Source: an uncultured virus (IMG/VR IMGVR_UViG_3300042197_001981) (taxonomy: Duplodnaviria; Heunggongvirae; Uroviricota; Caudoviricetes). Taken from it: a stretch of 64,000 nt of DNA. The stretch lies in IMG/VR virus record IMGVR_UViG_3300042197_001981; one strand, written 5' to 3'. Both the position numbers and the translations under genes were made by a program. Of this stretch, positions 1 to 10,441 are shown in pieces. The notes beneath the pieces are model-generated. The model ran no database searches, was not told where the DNA came from, and saw nothing but the letters and a program-made list of their open reading frames with translations. Within the stretch, counting starts at the first letter, position 1. Every line of letters starts with the position of its first letter.

Positions 1-252
1 TGAAAAGAAAGCTGTGTAGTACTGGCGCGTACGGTTTCTGTTTTGTCTGTCACTGCCACTAACTGGCCGACACTTGTTTTTTCAAAAAATGGTATATTAC
101 CGTGAATTACAGGTTGTATGGCTAAATAGTCTGTAATAAGTTGTGAGTCAACATCATTACTTTTGCTTAGCGTTAATTCTCTTACAATGCCATCAAAAGA
201 AACAGAACTTCTATAAGACATTGTATATTTAGCCGTCGCTGATTTTTTTGAG
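1..252. repeat. Terminal direct repeat / circular assembly overlap with 63749-64000
   Basis: Positions 1-252 match 63749-64000 except T127 vs G63875. Confidence 0.95.
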
Positions 253-2471
253 CCTTGAAGAGTTACAACATGTGCTTTAGGTTTGAACGTGGGCCAGCGT
301 TTTACTTCCTGACCGGAAATAGTAGATAACCGATTTAGAAAATCGGTCTCAGTAATATGGCCATCGGTTGGTAAAGCCGCATAGAAAAACCAAGCCGTAG
401 CTGGTACTTCGGAACCCCATGGTCTTTCGATTTCTACAACAAGCTCTGGCCTAATACTGCAGCTGCCGGTAGATTCTAAACTTTCAGTAGGGCTTATGGA
501 GCCATACCCTGACCTAGACCAAAAAGAATCTGAAACAGCTTGACCGACACCATTATCAATGGACCATACAACAGTTACTGACTTTAGGACGTCTGGTAAC
601 TGCAAATTGACTTCGGTAGGGAAACCCAACTTATACGCTAAAACTTCTTGAGAAGACGGGCTTTCGACTGTTTTTACTACCCGATCTTTGTTCAGGGCAC
701 GGTAGCTAGTGTTCTTGGCTTTTAGATCAGTTTGGCTGGGCGGGGCGACAATTTGTTCTGTACGGACAACTTGTAGATTCAGCTCATTGTCCCAATCGCT
801 GCTAGTCAACACGGGCCAAGATTCTACCTCGACCTTGCGTTCGACATAACGACCGTCGCTTAGTTGCTCGTACTCGGCCTCAACAACATTCAGACCACTG
901 GCCACAGCCTCAGGCGGATCTTTGAGCAGTTTTTCAGTGACGTTGGCGACGGCGCCACCCTCAACGTAACTGCGTTGCCCGACAAGAGTGACCTCGTCTG
1001 GGTAGTTTCGGCTTACGATCTGCGTGCGCTTAGTCAGAGCGTTAACCTGTGCTTCGGATGCGCTGAGTTGTGACCCGGTTAATGTGCGCTGGGCGGCTTG
1101 CCCGGCAGCATTAATTTCTGTAGTAACTGAACTACCCGCCCCCTTGAATTTATCAGGAACTACGTCTGGTTTTTCAACGCTATATTCTGCCTGAGTAAAC
1201 AACTGTGGTACCTCCACAACCCGTTGCAAGCTAGTGCCGTCACCCAACGGTTCCACTGTTGCTTCTACCGTAGTTGCCGTCGGCTGCACTATAGTACCGT
1301 CTAGGACAATACTTTCGGTTACTGTGGCTAACTGAAGATTATTTGTAGTGGTTAGCCCATTCAGGACTTTACCACCGGCAGCCTCTCTAGTTTGCCGCTG
1401 TTCGCGGTACACAAACTCATTGACTTGTTCAACCGTAGCAGAAAACTCATTTGTAGCTAAAACTGGAGCGTTAGTGACGACGCCCTCCTTATCGGAACGG
1501 GTTACAAAAGTTTTTGTGTCGGCCCTGAATTTGGCCGGAAGCGGGTCTGGCCGTTCTGTTGTAAGCAACTTGCGCTCAAACAATGAATCTACAGTAGTTA
1601 CTTTTTGTAGACTTTGCCCGTTGCCTAGCGGCTCTACAACGGCCTCGATGGTCCGGGCACTTAGGGTTGGCTTAGTGGTTTCGGGTACGATGCTCTCGGT
1701 TACGGTGGCACCTTGGAGCTCATTAGTGGCAACAAAGCCACTCAGGGGGTCCGTAACGCCGGTGCTGTCGCGCCCGGAAACAATTACCCGTTTAAGGCCG
1801 TCATTGATTTGATCTTGTTTAGCTGAATACTCATCTGGTCCGAGCGTAGGCTGAGAAATTTTACCGGTGGCTAGGTACTCACTCCTGACGGTTTTGGTTT
1901 GTGTTTTGAACCTATCCGGTACCGGATCAGATTTTTCGGTGCCCAGCGTAGTAACATCAGACAAAACTATTTCGTCTAGGTAATTTTTAACTTCGGTGAC
2001 ATACAACGAATCGAGCTCTTTGGTATCCGTTTTCTGCAGCTCCTTGTCAAAGAACACGTATTGGACTCCGTCGAACGCCGGGTTGTCGTTCCCGGGCATA
2101 GGGTCCCCGAACGACTCAGAACTGGTTGTTTTGGCCTTGGACCTCGGGGTTACGTAGACCCTAGACACGCTACGGTAAAGTCGGCCGCCAAGTTCTCGCT
2201 GCCCAAAAACGTAATTGTATTCATCTTGGCTAGGGCGGTCAGCTGCGTAGAAAAAATCAAATACGCCCTCGCGGTCCGAGTTTTGTTGTTGCACATATAC
2301 CAGTTTGTGCTTGGGCCATTTGGTGGTATCCGGGTGGGGAGTACCGTAAGGAGGTATATCCGCCCGGGTGCAGTCCCGTGTTTCACTGAACAATACGTCA
2401 GTGACCAACGGCGTGACGTACGCCTTGGTGTCCTGCCTGTACGGGGCTACTTTTATTTTTGAGATGGCCAT
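1..2471 (-). CDS. Large virion/tail protein with internal repeats, N-terminal part (about 898 aa across the circular junction, ending at 63523)
   Basis: ATG at 2471 reads MAISKIKVAPYRQDTKAYVTPLVTDVLFSE. It is absent from the ORF track, consistent with the frame running off the window edge. The frame matches the 63523..63969 ORF through the terminal overlap. Confidence 0.8.
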   Translation of the reverse strand, partial: MAISKIKVAPYRQDTKAYVTPLVTDVLFSETRDCTRADIPPYGTPHPDTTKWPKHKLVYVQQQNSDREGVFDFFYAADRPSQDEYNYVFGQRELGGRLYRSVSRVYVTPRSKAKTTSSESFGDPMPGNDNPAFDGVQYVFFDKELQKTDTKELDSLYVTEVKNYLDEIVLSDVTTLGTEKSDPVPDRFKTQTKTVRSEYLATGKISQPTLGPDEYSAKQDQINDGLKRVIVSGRDSTGVTDPLSGFVATNELQGATVTESIVPETTKPTLSARTIEAVVEPLGNGQSLQKVTTVDSLFERKLLTTERPDPLPAKFRADTKTFVTRSDKEGVVTNAPVLATNEFSATVEQVNEFVYREQRQTREAAGGKVLNGLTTTNNLQLATVTESIVLDGTIVQPTATTVEATVEPLGDGTSLQRVVEVPQLFTQAEYSVEKPDVVPDKFKGAGSSVTTEINAAGQAAQRTLTGSQLSASEAQVNALTKRTQIVSRNYPDEVTLVGQRSYVEGGAVANVTEKLLKDPPEAVASGLNVVEAEYEQLSDGRYVERKVEVESWPVLTSSDWDNELNLQVVRTEQIVAPPSQTDLKAKNTSYRALNKDRVVKTVESPSSQEVLAYKLGFPTEVNLQLPDVLKSVTVVWSIDNGVGQAVSDSFWSRSGYGSISPTESLESTGSCSIRPELVVEIERPWGSEVPATAWFFYAALPTDGHITETDFLNRLSTISGQEVKRWPTFKPKAHVVTLQGSKKSATAKYTMSYRSSVSFDGIVRELTLSKSNDVDSQLITDYLAIQPVIHGNIPFFEKTSVGQLVAVTDKTETVRASTTQLSF

Positions 2472-2474
2472 GTT

Positions 2475-5400
2475 TTAACCAATAACTACTACATTCATAT
2501 TAACACATGACCCCCCGGCAGACCCAGAAGGTCCGGTCTGGGCAGCGGCACCGTGGGTGTGCCGCAACTGTAATGTTTGGCCATTGGATAAACTGGTTAT
2601 AATACTTGTAGACATACAGGTAGTAGTGTTTTCACCAGAACCAGTATTCGGCCCACCTCGTACTCTAGCAAATTGTTGATTGGTGCCACTTATAGCAAAA
2701 TCAAGGGCTACTAAATTATTAAGACTATGAGTTACATGAGCTGTAGCCTGAATAATAATTGTCCTCCCAGTACTGTTAGTTAACGTGTGGCCAGTGCTGT
2801 TCCATGTCAGTCCAGCTGAACTAATAGTGGTGTGTGATATAGCTGAACCTGTAGTGAAGGGAACTTCTGCGTCGGTAACAGCCGAAGTGCCAAAAAGATT
2901 ATAAAGGCCGCTGTATGAAGCTGCACGGTATGCGTACCCTAGAGTAGGCGTAGGTGTGGTCCACTCCACCCCGGTAGCTCCTGAATTAACCACTAAAGAT
3001 TTTCCAGCGTTGCTAGTGAGGCTTGGAAATGGAGAAGCCCATTCAATATTGTTTGCGCTCGTATTAACAGCTAAAAACTTACTAGCATTTCCAGTGTATG
3101 AAGGAAGTAAATTGGACCTTGCCTCAGAAAGTGTGCTACCTCCATGCCCTCCTTGAGCGATCGGGAGCTTGACACCTAGATTTAATCCTCCTGTTATGCC
3201 AACGTCGCCAACTACATCTAGCGCATAGGCCGGAGCGTTGGTGCCGATGCCGACATAGCCACCTGAGGTAATACGCATACGCTCCGTGATGGTAGGAGCA
3301 GCAGAAATGTTACCGGTTCCAGTTTCTGTTGCATCTGCTGCGGATTGATTATACCGTATAACGTTCGGCCCAAGAGAAGTTACAGTGAACGTACCGCTAA
3401 ATGAAGTATCTGTAGTCCCAGATACAGTAACTGATTGCCCAACCACTACCCTGTTATCCAGTGTGGTACTTGTAGTAACTGTTACCTGAGAACTTACTCT
3501 TTGTATAGAGCTTATGTTCCATAGCCCGCCGTTCGTAGTACTTACAATGATTCGGTCTGGCTGAGCACCCCCGATTGATGCACCTACTGTAGACCTGCTT
3601 ACGCGGTCTAGGGTCAATTTTTGAGCAGGTAACAAAATACCTGCGTTGGTGCCAGTCGCCGCCTCAATAGTTGCCCCGGAACCAGAAGCTGGGTTAATAG
3701 CTACTGTGGTCGGAGAAGGAACTGATGAAAGGGTTACAGAAGTCGATGGAGTTACCCACTCCACGTCAGTAGCTCCAGTATTTACGGCCAATACCTTGCC
3801 GCCGTTGCCTGCATAGCCCGGCAGCAAATTACCACGGGCTCCGGCTGCGTTAGAAGCGCCAGTGCCACCATCGGCTACGGCCAAATCAGTAATACCAGTG
3901 ATTGAACCGCCGGTGATGTTTACGGACCCTCTATTTTGTGCCGCCATTTCGCCTAGGGTCGGTTTATTAAGAATCTGAGAGTCCCCAGAACTAGAATTCC
4001 AGTCAGCATTTACGTTTACTTCGGCCCCGGCTTGAATTCCGTCGAGCTTTGTTTTGTCGGCGGCGGTTAACAAACCGGCTGCCGTGCTGGCAATAGCCGC
4101 AGGTAAAGTAAACCCGGTACCGTTGCTGTTGGTAATAGGTTGTGCGGTGGCGGTTGCCGTGCCCAAGGCTAAGTTAGTCACCCCAGCGGTGGTCCAAGTA
4201 AGACCGTCGGCGGTACCGTTCAAGGTCAAGACCTTGTTGGCGTTCGATGTGTAGCTAGGCAACAGAGCTTGAATTGCGCCCCCAGCTGTAGTTTGGCCAG
4301 TGCCCCCGTTAGCGATGGGCAATGTACCGGAAACGTGGGTCGAAAGTCCGATCTTGCCCCAGCTGGGGGCGGTCGAAGTACCACCAGAAATAAGCGCGTT
4401 ACCGGTGGCTACCCCTGCGAGCTTGCTGAGTGTCGTAGCCGCTGACGCGTACAGTAGATCCCCTACGGTGTAGGAAGTTTGGCCAGTGCCCCCAGACGCG
4501 GCACCAAGCGTGATCCCGGAAATTGAACCGCCAGTAATTGTAACGTTGTTTGAGGGTTGGGTGGCGATAGTATCCAAGCCGAGCTTGGTGCGAGTGTCGG
4601 CGGCAGAGGCCCATTCTACAGCAGTTGCGGTTGCGTTAACTGATAGCAGGCGATTTTCGTTGCCTGTCAAACTTGGTAGGCTAGCAGCAGCTGCGGCTTG
4701 CCACGTCGGGGCGGTCGTAGTACCCGTAGATGTTAACACGTACCCACTTGTGCCATTTGTAATCTCAGCAAGCTGTCCATCATCAAACCACAAGAGCCCG
4801 TCAACCGGATCACCAGAACTATCGGTGATGATAGGATCCTCAATGGTCTTGTTGGTAAGAGTTTCCGGGTCGTCAAGAGTTACGAAACCGTTACCGACAC
4901 TGGCAACGGTGCTCATAACTTTGCTGCCGCTGACCGTTTGCACCCTTAGGTAACCGTCGGCAAAGGTAGTCTGACCCGTGCCACCCTGTGAAATCGGAAT
5001 AGTCCCAACAGAAATGTTAGCCCACTCGGGGGCAAAACTAGGACCGTTGCTCTTGAGGTACTGCCCACTCGAACCGGGGCTGATTTGGCTCAGGGTCCCA
5101 GATGCGGACGCATACAGCATAGCGCCGACGGTCAAACTTTGCAGTCCGGTACCGCCCGACCCGACACCGATAGGGGTGCTGAGCCCGATGGCGGTGCGCA
5201 TGGCAGTTTGGTCTGCCGCCTGCAAAAATGTAAATACGTCAGCTGAACTGTTAAGGGCGGTTACGGCGCCAGCGACACTAGAGTTGCGTGCCAGCAAAGA
5301 GTACGCCGGCTGATGTCTAATTTTATCCAACGAAATGCCGGTCGTTGTGTTAGTGGCCGTCTGTAGTTCTGTAGACGTAATGGAGCCGGGGTTAATGCTG

Positions 5401-6149
5401 GCCTGAACGGTTTGTGAGGATGACCACTTTGGACCCAGCAAATCGTCATACGTAAGAACATACCCGTTTACGCCGCCAGTAACGAACGCGGTCTGGTTGG
5501 CAGCAGATTGGTAAGGCACTGCGTACGTTGACCCACCAGCCAAACTTGTGGCCCGTGCCGCAAGACCGGTGGTGTTTTTTGAGATCGTAGCCGGCAAATC
5601 TTCATCCAGTAAGGCCCTCCATGTTGGGGCTTGCGAAGCAGCACCGGTACCGGTCTGTGACAAAAACTTTCTAGTGGTCTCGGTGTTACCGCTAAGTTTG
5701 GTCAACGTGTCAGCAGCCGACGCATATAAAATGTCACCGACCGCGTAAGTTGAAATCCCAGTGCCACCTTGGGTGACGCCCAAAATAACTCCGGGGCTTA
5801 CCCCACCGCCGGAAGGAAAATCAGAAGTTGTCGCTAAGCTGGGTACGCCGTTGGTGAGCTTCAAGATACCGGTGCCCAAAGTAGCCAAGTTAGTATTATT
5901 AATACCGGTTACCGTAAGGGTAGTGCTGCCGGCTGCGTCGCCAGTATGTGTAGCGTTGCTGACGGTGTTGTTCAGGATCTGCAGCATAGCAGGGGTCATA
6001 AGCCCGCTGCGGGACGCTCCGGTACCGTCGTTCAAAGTTACAGCTGGGATCTGGTCGGTACCGCCAGTAACGTGAGTGCTAGCGTGGGCCCCCAAAGTTT
6101 GGGTACCAGAATCCGAAATAATCAGAGTATATGTGTCAGATGGGGGCAT
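2475..6149 (-). CDS. Tail fibre protein 1 (1224 aa)
   Basis: G/T/S/A-rich with repeated (L/I)PIxxGGTG, GD(I/L)LYAS and LPSYTGNAxKxLxVN..VEW motifs. Contains an ERMRITSGGYVGIGT fibre repeat and a C-terminal beta-rich domain. Confidence 0.85.
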   Translation of the reverse strand: MPPSDTYTLIISDSGTQTLGAHASTHVTGGTDQIPAVTLNDGTGASRSGLMTPAMLQILNNTVSNATHTGDAAGSTTLTVTGINNTNLATLGTGILKLTNGVPSLATTSDFPSGGGVSPGVILGVTQGGTGISTYAVGDILYASAADTLTKLSGNTETTRKFLSQTGTGAASQAPTWRALLDEDLPATISKNTTGLAARATSLAGGSTYAVPYQSAANQTAFVTGGVNGYVLTYDDLLGPKWSSSQTVQASINPGSITSTELQTATNTTTGISLDKIRHQPAYSLLARNSSVAGAVTALNSSADVFTFLQAADQTAMRTAIGLSTPIGVGSGGTGLQSLTVGAMLYASASGTLSQISPGSSGQYLKSNGPSFAPEWANISVGTIPISQGGTGQTTFADGYLRVQTVSGSKVMSTVASVGNGFVTLDDPETLTNKTIEDPIITDSSGDPVDGLLWFDDGQLAEITNGTSGYVLTSTGTTTAPTWQAAAAASLPSLTGNENRLLSVNATATAVEWASAADTRTKLGLDTIATQPSNNVTITGGSISGITLGAASGGTGQTSYTVGDLLYASAATTLSKLAGVATGNALISGGTSTAPSWGKIGLSTHVSGTLPIANGGTGQTTAGGAIQALLPSYTSNANKVLTLNGTADGLTWTTAGVTNLALGTATATAQPITNSNGTGFTLPAAIASTAAGLLTAADKTKLDGIQAGAEVNVNADWNSSSGDSQILNKPTLGEMAAQNRGSVNITGGSITGITDLAVADGGTGASNAAGARGNLLPGYAGNGGKVLAVNTGATDVEWVTPSTSVTLSSVPSPTTVAINPASGSGATIEAATGTNAGILLPAQKLTLDRVSRSTVGASIGGAQPDRIIVSTTNGGLWNISSIQRVSSQVTVTTSTTLDNRVVVGQSVTVSGTTDTSFSGTFTVTSLGPNVIRYNQSAADATETGTGNISAAPTITERMRITSGGYVGIGTNAPAYALDVVGDVGITGGLNLGVKLPIAQGGHGGSTLSEARSNLLPSYTGNASKFLAVNTSANNIEWASPFPSLTSNAGKSLVVNSGATGVEWTTPTPTLGYAYRAASYSGLYNLFGTSAVTDAEVPFTTGSAISHTTISSAGLTWNSTGHTLTNSTGRTIIIQATAHVTHSLNNLVALDFAISGTNQQFARVRGGPNTGSGENTTTCMSTSIITSLSNGQTLQLRHTHGAAAQTGPSGSAGGSCVNMNVVVIG

Positions 6150-6160
6150 AAGAAAAATTT

Positions 6161-6547
6161 TTAGGGTTGGGCTGGGTCTACGGGTGAACCTTTCGTTACA
6201 TTACTACGTACATTTACTTTGCCGTACAAAAGCCTTTCCATTTTGGTGTTTCTGTACATGAACAAATCGTACTCGTATGAACGCTTGGTATTGAATAACA
6301 AAGTCTGCTGTTCTGTCAATGTTAGTTTTATCTGTCCCAAGGTCCCCGGCTGGATAACCACACAATCAAAGGAAGTGACTTCTTTCTTTGTGTCGGCATC
6401 CCGTACATCAGCCCAGACCTTGTCGGGAGACCCGCCGCTAAGAACCGAAGAGAGGTCTACAGGGGACCCCGCTTGATTCTGGATCGTCAGCACGAACGTG
6501 TATTCGGCTGCACGATCTAAGGTGATGTCGTAGTTGGCGGCGAGCAT
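6161..6547 (-). CDS. Tail-fibre adaptor / baseplate upper-like Ig-fold protein (paralog of 10031-10405)
   Basis: AxYDxxxxRxAxYTFxL...GxIxxTLT...YxYDLF...RLLYGxVNV pattern, directly upstream of fibre 1. Confidence 0.65.
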   Translation of the reverse strand: MLAANYDITLDRAAEYTFVLTIQNQAGSPVDLSSVLSGGSPDKVWADVRDADTKKEVTSFDCVVIQPGTLGQIKLTLTEQQTLLFNTKRSYEYDLFMYRNTKMERLLYGKVNVRSNVTKGSPVDPAQP

Positions 6548-6807
6548 TACAGCGAAGGCTTGTACGATTTATAGGCGCGAACGGCTCCGGCGGACAATGT
6601 AAACGCCGTAAACTTGCCGCGCAACTGGGTTCCTGCGGGCCAAGAAGTTTCAGTAAGCTGGTCTCCGCTTGCGTTGACTTCGGTTAAAAGTGAGAAAGTA
6701 GTAGCGGTAAGACAGTCGATGACGTCAAACTCGCCGATAACAGCAGTGCCTCCGGTCACGTTAACGACTCCGGCTGCGCCGTAGTAGGATTTTTCAATAG
6801 GGCTCAT
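6547..6807 (-). CDS. Small virion protein (86 aa, MSPIEKSYYG...)
   Basis: Internal ATG at 6807 avoids overlap with the upstream gene; beta-rich composition. Confidence 0.55.
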   Translation of the reverse strand: MSPIEKSYYGAAGVVNVTGGTAVIGEFDVIDCLTATTFSLLTEVNASGDQLTETSWPAGTQLRGKFTAFTLSAGAVRAYKSYKPSL

Positions 6808-6814
6808 AAGGGGG

Positions 6815-7180
6815 TTATTCTGGTTGGGGTTCGGTTGGTTGTTCTTGGGCGGTACAAACAAAATTGCTACCATCAAAAACGATGTCTTTGCGTTTTGGCT
6901 CAACTGGTGCGCGATTGGCAAACTTTTCAAGTCCTACCGCATCAAGGGTTACGTTACAAGCAACCCCAAGTGCCGTATTTTGTGCGAAAGTTTCGAGTGT
7001 TGCGGACACATCGGCATTGAGTACAGCCAAAAGGCGATTTGTCGGCAAAGACCAGAACTCATTATTGCAGTTCTGCAATACAGTCGCCAAATTATGCGCA
7101 GCCTCGGCTGCTCGAATGACTAGTTCTTCTTTTTGCAGAAGATCAACCTCTAGTTGTGTACGTTGAGTGAGTATTGGCAT
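6815..7180 (-). CDS. Hypothetical protein, possible tail-fibre chaperone
   Basis: Immediately downstream of fibre 2 with tight gene packing. Confidence 0.5.
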   Translation of the reverse strand: MPILTQRTQLEVDLLQKEELVIRAAEAAHNLATVLQNCNNEFWSLPTNRLLAVLNADVSATLETFAQNTALGVACNVTLDAVGLEKFANRAPVEPKRKDIVFDGSNFVCTAQEQPTEPQPE

Positions 7181-7183
7181 TGG

Positions 7184-10030
7184 TTATAGTTCTATGAATT
7201 TTACATCTTTGAGCCAGCAACTTGCGAACAACCCGGGTGTTCCAGTTGCGCGAAACGTCATGCCGATAGATGTTGCACTTGTTACTCCTGATGCAACTCC
7301 AGTTAAAGTGCAAAGAGCTGACGTTGGTTTTGCTGGATAAGATGACGAAAGCGATCTTGGTGTCCAGTAAAGGTTCAAAGTTCCATTACCAACATTTTCC
7401 AACCACCAGTAATGTTCATGAGTTGGAGTGTTGCTAGAGGATGAAATGTTAGTCAGGGTGCCTGTGTCCGAATAAACAGCAGCGCCAGCATTGCATCTCC
7501 AAAGTCTGACTGTGGTATTGTTTTGGATTTGAATCCCGACATTTGTTCCAGAACTAGGAACTCCAGATGAACCCATTGTTCCCAATGCCGTTCCAATTCC
7601 GATCAACACTTCTGTATTTGATGGAATTGTGTGCAGTGTTCGGAAGTAAAGCGCCCAAGGCAAACGAAAATCAACTGTTCCGTTGGATGAAAACGTGTCA
7701 TTAAGTGTTCCAGAACAAAAAGTCCAAAGCACATAGCTTCCACTTCCTGCTGTGGTAGCAAGATCACCGTCCATTACTCCTGTTGCTGGAGTTGTTCTCC
7801 GTTGCGTTGCCCCAGTTCCAGATGCAGATGCTGAAACAACAGGAAATAAAGTGCGAACACGCATCAAATCTCGATCATCAAAAAGTTTTCTTGTTAGTGC
7901 GCTGGTGTCGTTTGTTGCAGCCTGCCCAGTCAATTCAAGTTGGCCGCTCAACGTCTTGTTTCCAGATGCGGTTTGGTTTCCGGTCAACATCAATGCTGTC
8001 GAATCGAGAGCCATTGTGCCAGATTCATTTGGCACGTTTATCTCTTGATTGACAGATGTACTGCCATTGTAGAGATCGGAATATGTAGAATTGCTTGAAT
8101 TGTGTATTCTTACATTGTAAGAATTTATTGAACCTGTGGAATCTCTCCTAACAATCCTGTTGGCTACTGCTTTAGTGGATACGTTATCCCCAATCTGTAT
8201 TAAAATTTTTCCTGTGGTTGTGCTTTTCTCAACAACGGTTGCGACTTCTTGAGTTAGGTAATCTGTTGCTGGTATTGTTGCTGTCAGCCCGCCACTTGAA
8301 GCAACATAGAGTTTGTCATTTACATTGTAGGAATTTGTATTGATGCCATCTAGCAAGCCAAGAACCGCAACCCTACCAACTTGATCCACATCAATCGCTT
8401 CTGCTGTTACACCAAAAACTGGAGTAACATTTGATTGAGAAGCCTGCGCTTTGGTGATTATTGGTTTACCAGCATCCGGCCCAGAAGCAACGACACCCGA
8501 TATGTATACCGGAACGCCTTTTGCTAAAGCAGGAACTGCAACAGCATCAATGGTAACTAGCCCACTTATTGTGCCAGAAATGTCTCCAGCACTAATCGTG
8601 TCTACGTTTATCGTGTCACAATTCAAAAGTTTAACCCAAGATTCGCCATTAGAATCTCTGGCGACAATTGTGTTTGGTCCGTAATCATTTAATTCCTCAC
8701 CGCTAGAAGCAGTTCCGTTAACTTTTACCACAATCGCGCCGTTATTCTGGTTAGCGCGCTCAACTCTGGCAACAGCTTGGGCGCGGCTACCCCAAGGTGG
8801 TATGTTTGTTAGACCGCCACTTGATCCTACATAGAGTGTGTCGTTGACTGCGTATGCGTCAGTATTAAATTGAGTCACTTGACCAGTTACAACCATGTGA
8901 CCAGTAGCGCTTTCGGATAAAGCTGCGTCCATAATGCCGATTGCTGGCATCTTGGCTGCATTACTGGCTTGGGCTTTACTGACTTCTGCGATCAATGTCG
9001 GACCACTGCCATGAAAACCGCTGACATAAACAGGATCACCCTTGTCGAGATTCTCGCCTGCGCGAACGTGGGCGTAGACTGCTCCTGCTAAACTGCCGTG
9101 GATATGGTTAGCTGTTAGCGTCCCACTGATCGTGCCGTTGGTTGACTCGATGTTGGACAGGCCAGTAATCGCGCCGCCTGTAATAGACACGTTATCCGAT
9201 GCCTGCGTAGCGATCGTACCTAAACCGAGAGTCAAGCGTTGCGCGGGAGCATCGGCATCGTCCAAGATCGCTCGTCCTGCGGCGGTGAGTCCGGTTTCAG
9301 CCCAAGTGTCTACTCCAGTCGTGTACGCCAATTTGTCGGCAGCAGTGCCTAGGGCTGACAACGATTGCAGCGTTGCGTCGTACGCTTGGACGTTGGTTCC
9401 GATTGCCAGACCGAGAGTCGTACGCTGGGCCGAAGCGTCAGCGTCGTCGAGCAAGGCTTTACCTGCTGTTGTGATGTCGCCGCCAAGTTTAGCTGTGCTA
9501 ACCACGCCGTTGTCGATCGTCCATGTAGCGCCTGAACTGGATACAGTGATGTCTCCTTTATCGCCATCAGAAACGCCCGCAGTTGACCATTCGACATCGG
9601 TTGCGCCTGTGTTTACAGCCAGAAACTTTCCTGCGTTGCCTGTATAGCTCGGCAACAAATTGGTGCGTGCTCCAGCTGCGGTAGAAGCGCCAGTACCGCC
9701 GTCAGCTACGGCTAAATCTGTAATGTCTGTCACGGAGCCACCGGTAATCGTGACGTTGCTCGAGTCTTGAGTAGCAATTGTGCCCAAGCCGAGATTTGTA
9801 CGCGCTCCTGAAGCGGTAGACGAACCAGTGCCGCCTTCGGCAATAGGCAACGGCTCCTCGAGATCCAACGAATTTATATGGAGATCGGCTGTGCCATCAG
9901 AGGCGGTCGAGCTTGTAACAACAAAGTCCTGCGGCGCTGACGGCGTAATTCCGGTAAGCGTGATGGTCTTACCGTCGACTACGGTGAGCTTGTACTTAGG
10001 TACTTCGGTAATGACAATGGTTTCGGCCAT
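7184..10030 (-). CDS. Tail fibre/spike protein 2 (948 aa)
   Basis: LPIAEGGTG, ARTNLGLGTIATQ and GRAILDDADAxAQR repeats; two tandem 'KGxPVYxSG...KAQAS...G' cement-like (DUF2190-like) domains; divergent C-terminal domain. Confidence 0.85.
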   Translation of the reverse strand: MAETIVITEVPKYKLTVVDGKTITLTGITPSAPQDFVVTSSTASDGTADLHINSLDLEEPLPIAEGGTGSSTASGARTNLGLGTIATQDSSNVTITGGSVTDITDLAVADGGTGASTAAGARTNLLPSYTGNAGKFLAVNTGATDVEWSTAGVSDGDKGDITVSSSGATWTIDNGVVSTAKLGGDITTAGKALLDDADASAQRTTLGLAIGTNVQAYDATLQSLSALGTAADKLAYTTGVDTWAETGLTAAGRAILDDADAPAQRLTLGLGTIATQASDNVSITGGAITGLSNIESTNGTISGTLTANHIHGSLAGAVYAHVRAGENLDKGDPVYVSGFHGSGPTLIAEVSKAQASNAAKMPAIGIMDAALSESATGHMVVTGQVTQFNTDAYAVNDTLYVGSSGGLTNIPPWGSRAQAVARVERANQNNGAIVVKVNGTASSGEELNDYGPNTIVARDSNGESWVKLLNCDTINVDTISAGDISGTISGLVTIDAVAVPALAKGVPVYISGVVASGPDAGKPIITKAQASQSNVTPVFGVTAEAIDVDQVGRVAVLGLLDGINTNSYNVNDKLYVASSGGLTATIPATDYLTQEVATVVEKSTTTGKILIQIGDNVSTKAVANRIVRRDSTGSINSYNVRIHNSSNSTYSDLYNGSTSVNQEINVPNESGTMALDSTALMLTGNQTASGNKTLSGQLELTGQAATNDTSALTRKLFDDRDLMRVRTLFPVVSASASGTGATQRRTTPATGVMDGDLATTAGSGSYVLWTFCSGTLNDTFSSNGTVDFRLPWALYFRTLHTIPSNTEVLIGIGTALGTMGSSGVPSSGTNVGIQIQNNTTVRLWRCNAGAAVYSDTGTLTNISSSSNTPTHEHYWWLENVGNGTLNLYWTPRSLSSSYPAKPTSALCTLTGVASGVTSATSIGMTFRATGTPGLFASCWLKDVKFIEL

Positions 10031-10405
10031 TTACAGATTGGTGATATTCGGTATTACGTTAACATCGCCGTAAAGCAGCCTGTCCACAAAGCCTGTCCGG
10101 TCGGTAAAGAAAAAGTCCCACTGGTATTTTTTATTGACGTCCAGTGACAACGTAGCCGTATCGGTTAAGGTAAACTGGATTTCTCCGGCGTCTAGGTTGG
10201 CATCAATAGTACTGGCGCCGGCCCCGCTTTCGGTGGTAATGGCAAAGGCCGCTGCCAACGGCTTGCGGTGCGCTTCGCGGATCTCGGCCTTAAAATCAGC
10301 GGAGGCGTCAAAAACAACCGGATCCTCGTTGATGTCCAGCAGTCGGAGCGTGAACGTGTAGTTCGCGCCTCTGGCAATATTCAGGTCGTACTTGGCGGCA
10401 CTCAC
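10031..10405 (-). CDS. Tail-fibre adaptor / baseplate upper-like protein (paralog of 6161-6547)
   Basis: Same motif set as 6161-6547. GTG at 10405 lies 7 nt after a -10 box. Confidence 0.65.
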   Translation of the reverse strand: MSAAKYDLNIARGANYTFTLRLLDINEDPVVFDASADFKAEIREAHRKPLAAAFAITTESGAGASTIDANLDAGEIQFTLTDTATLSLDVNKKYQWDFFFTDRTGFVDRLLYGDVNVIPNITNL

Positions 10406-10412
10406 GACCAAG

Positions 10413-10441
10413 AATGTAGGCTAATGCAAGCCTAAAGTCAA
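10413..10441 (-). promoter_or_regulatory. sigma70-type promoter TTGACT-N17-TACATT, probably leaderless
   Basis: Consensus match with a GTG start 7 nt downstream. Confidence 0.6.

Noticed and set aside
1..2471. Apparent ORF-free region suggesting stop-codon recoding or a pseudogene
   Set aside because: It is one minus-strand gene running off the window edge, and all major genes are intact in the standard code.
2475..10030. Diversity-generating retroelement acting on the tail fibres
   Set aside because: No reverse transcriptase is present, and the shared fibre segments are internal with differences not confined to adenines.
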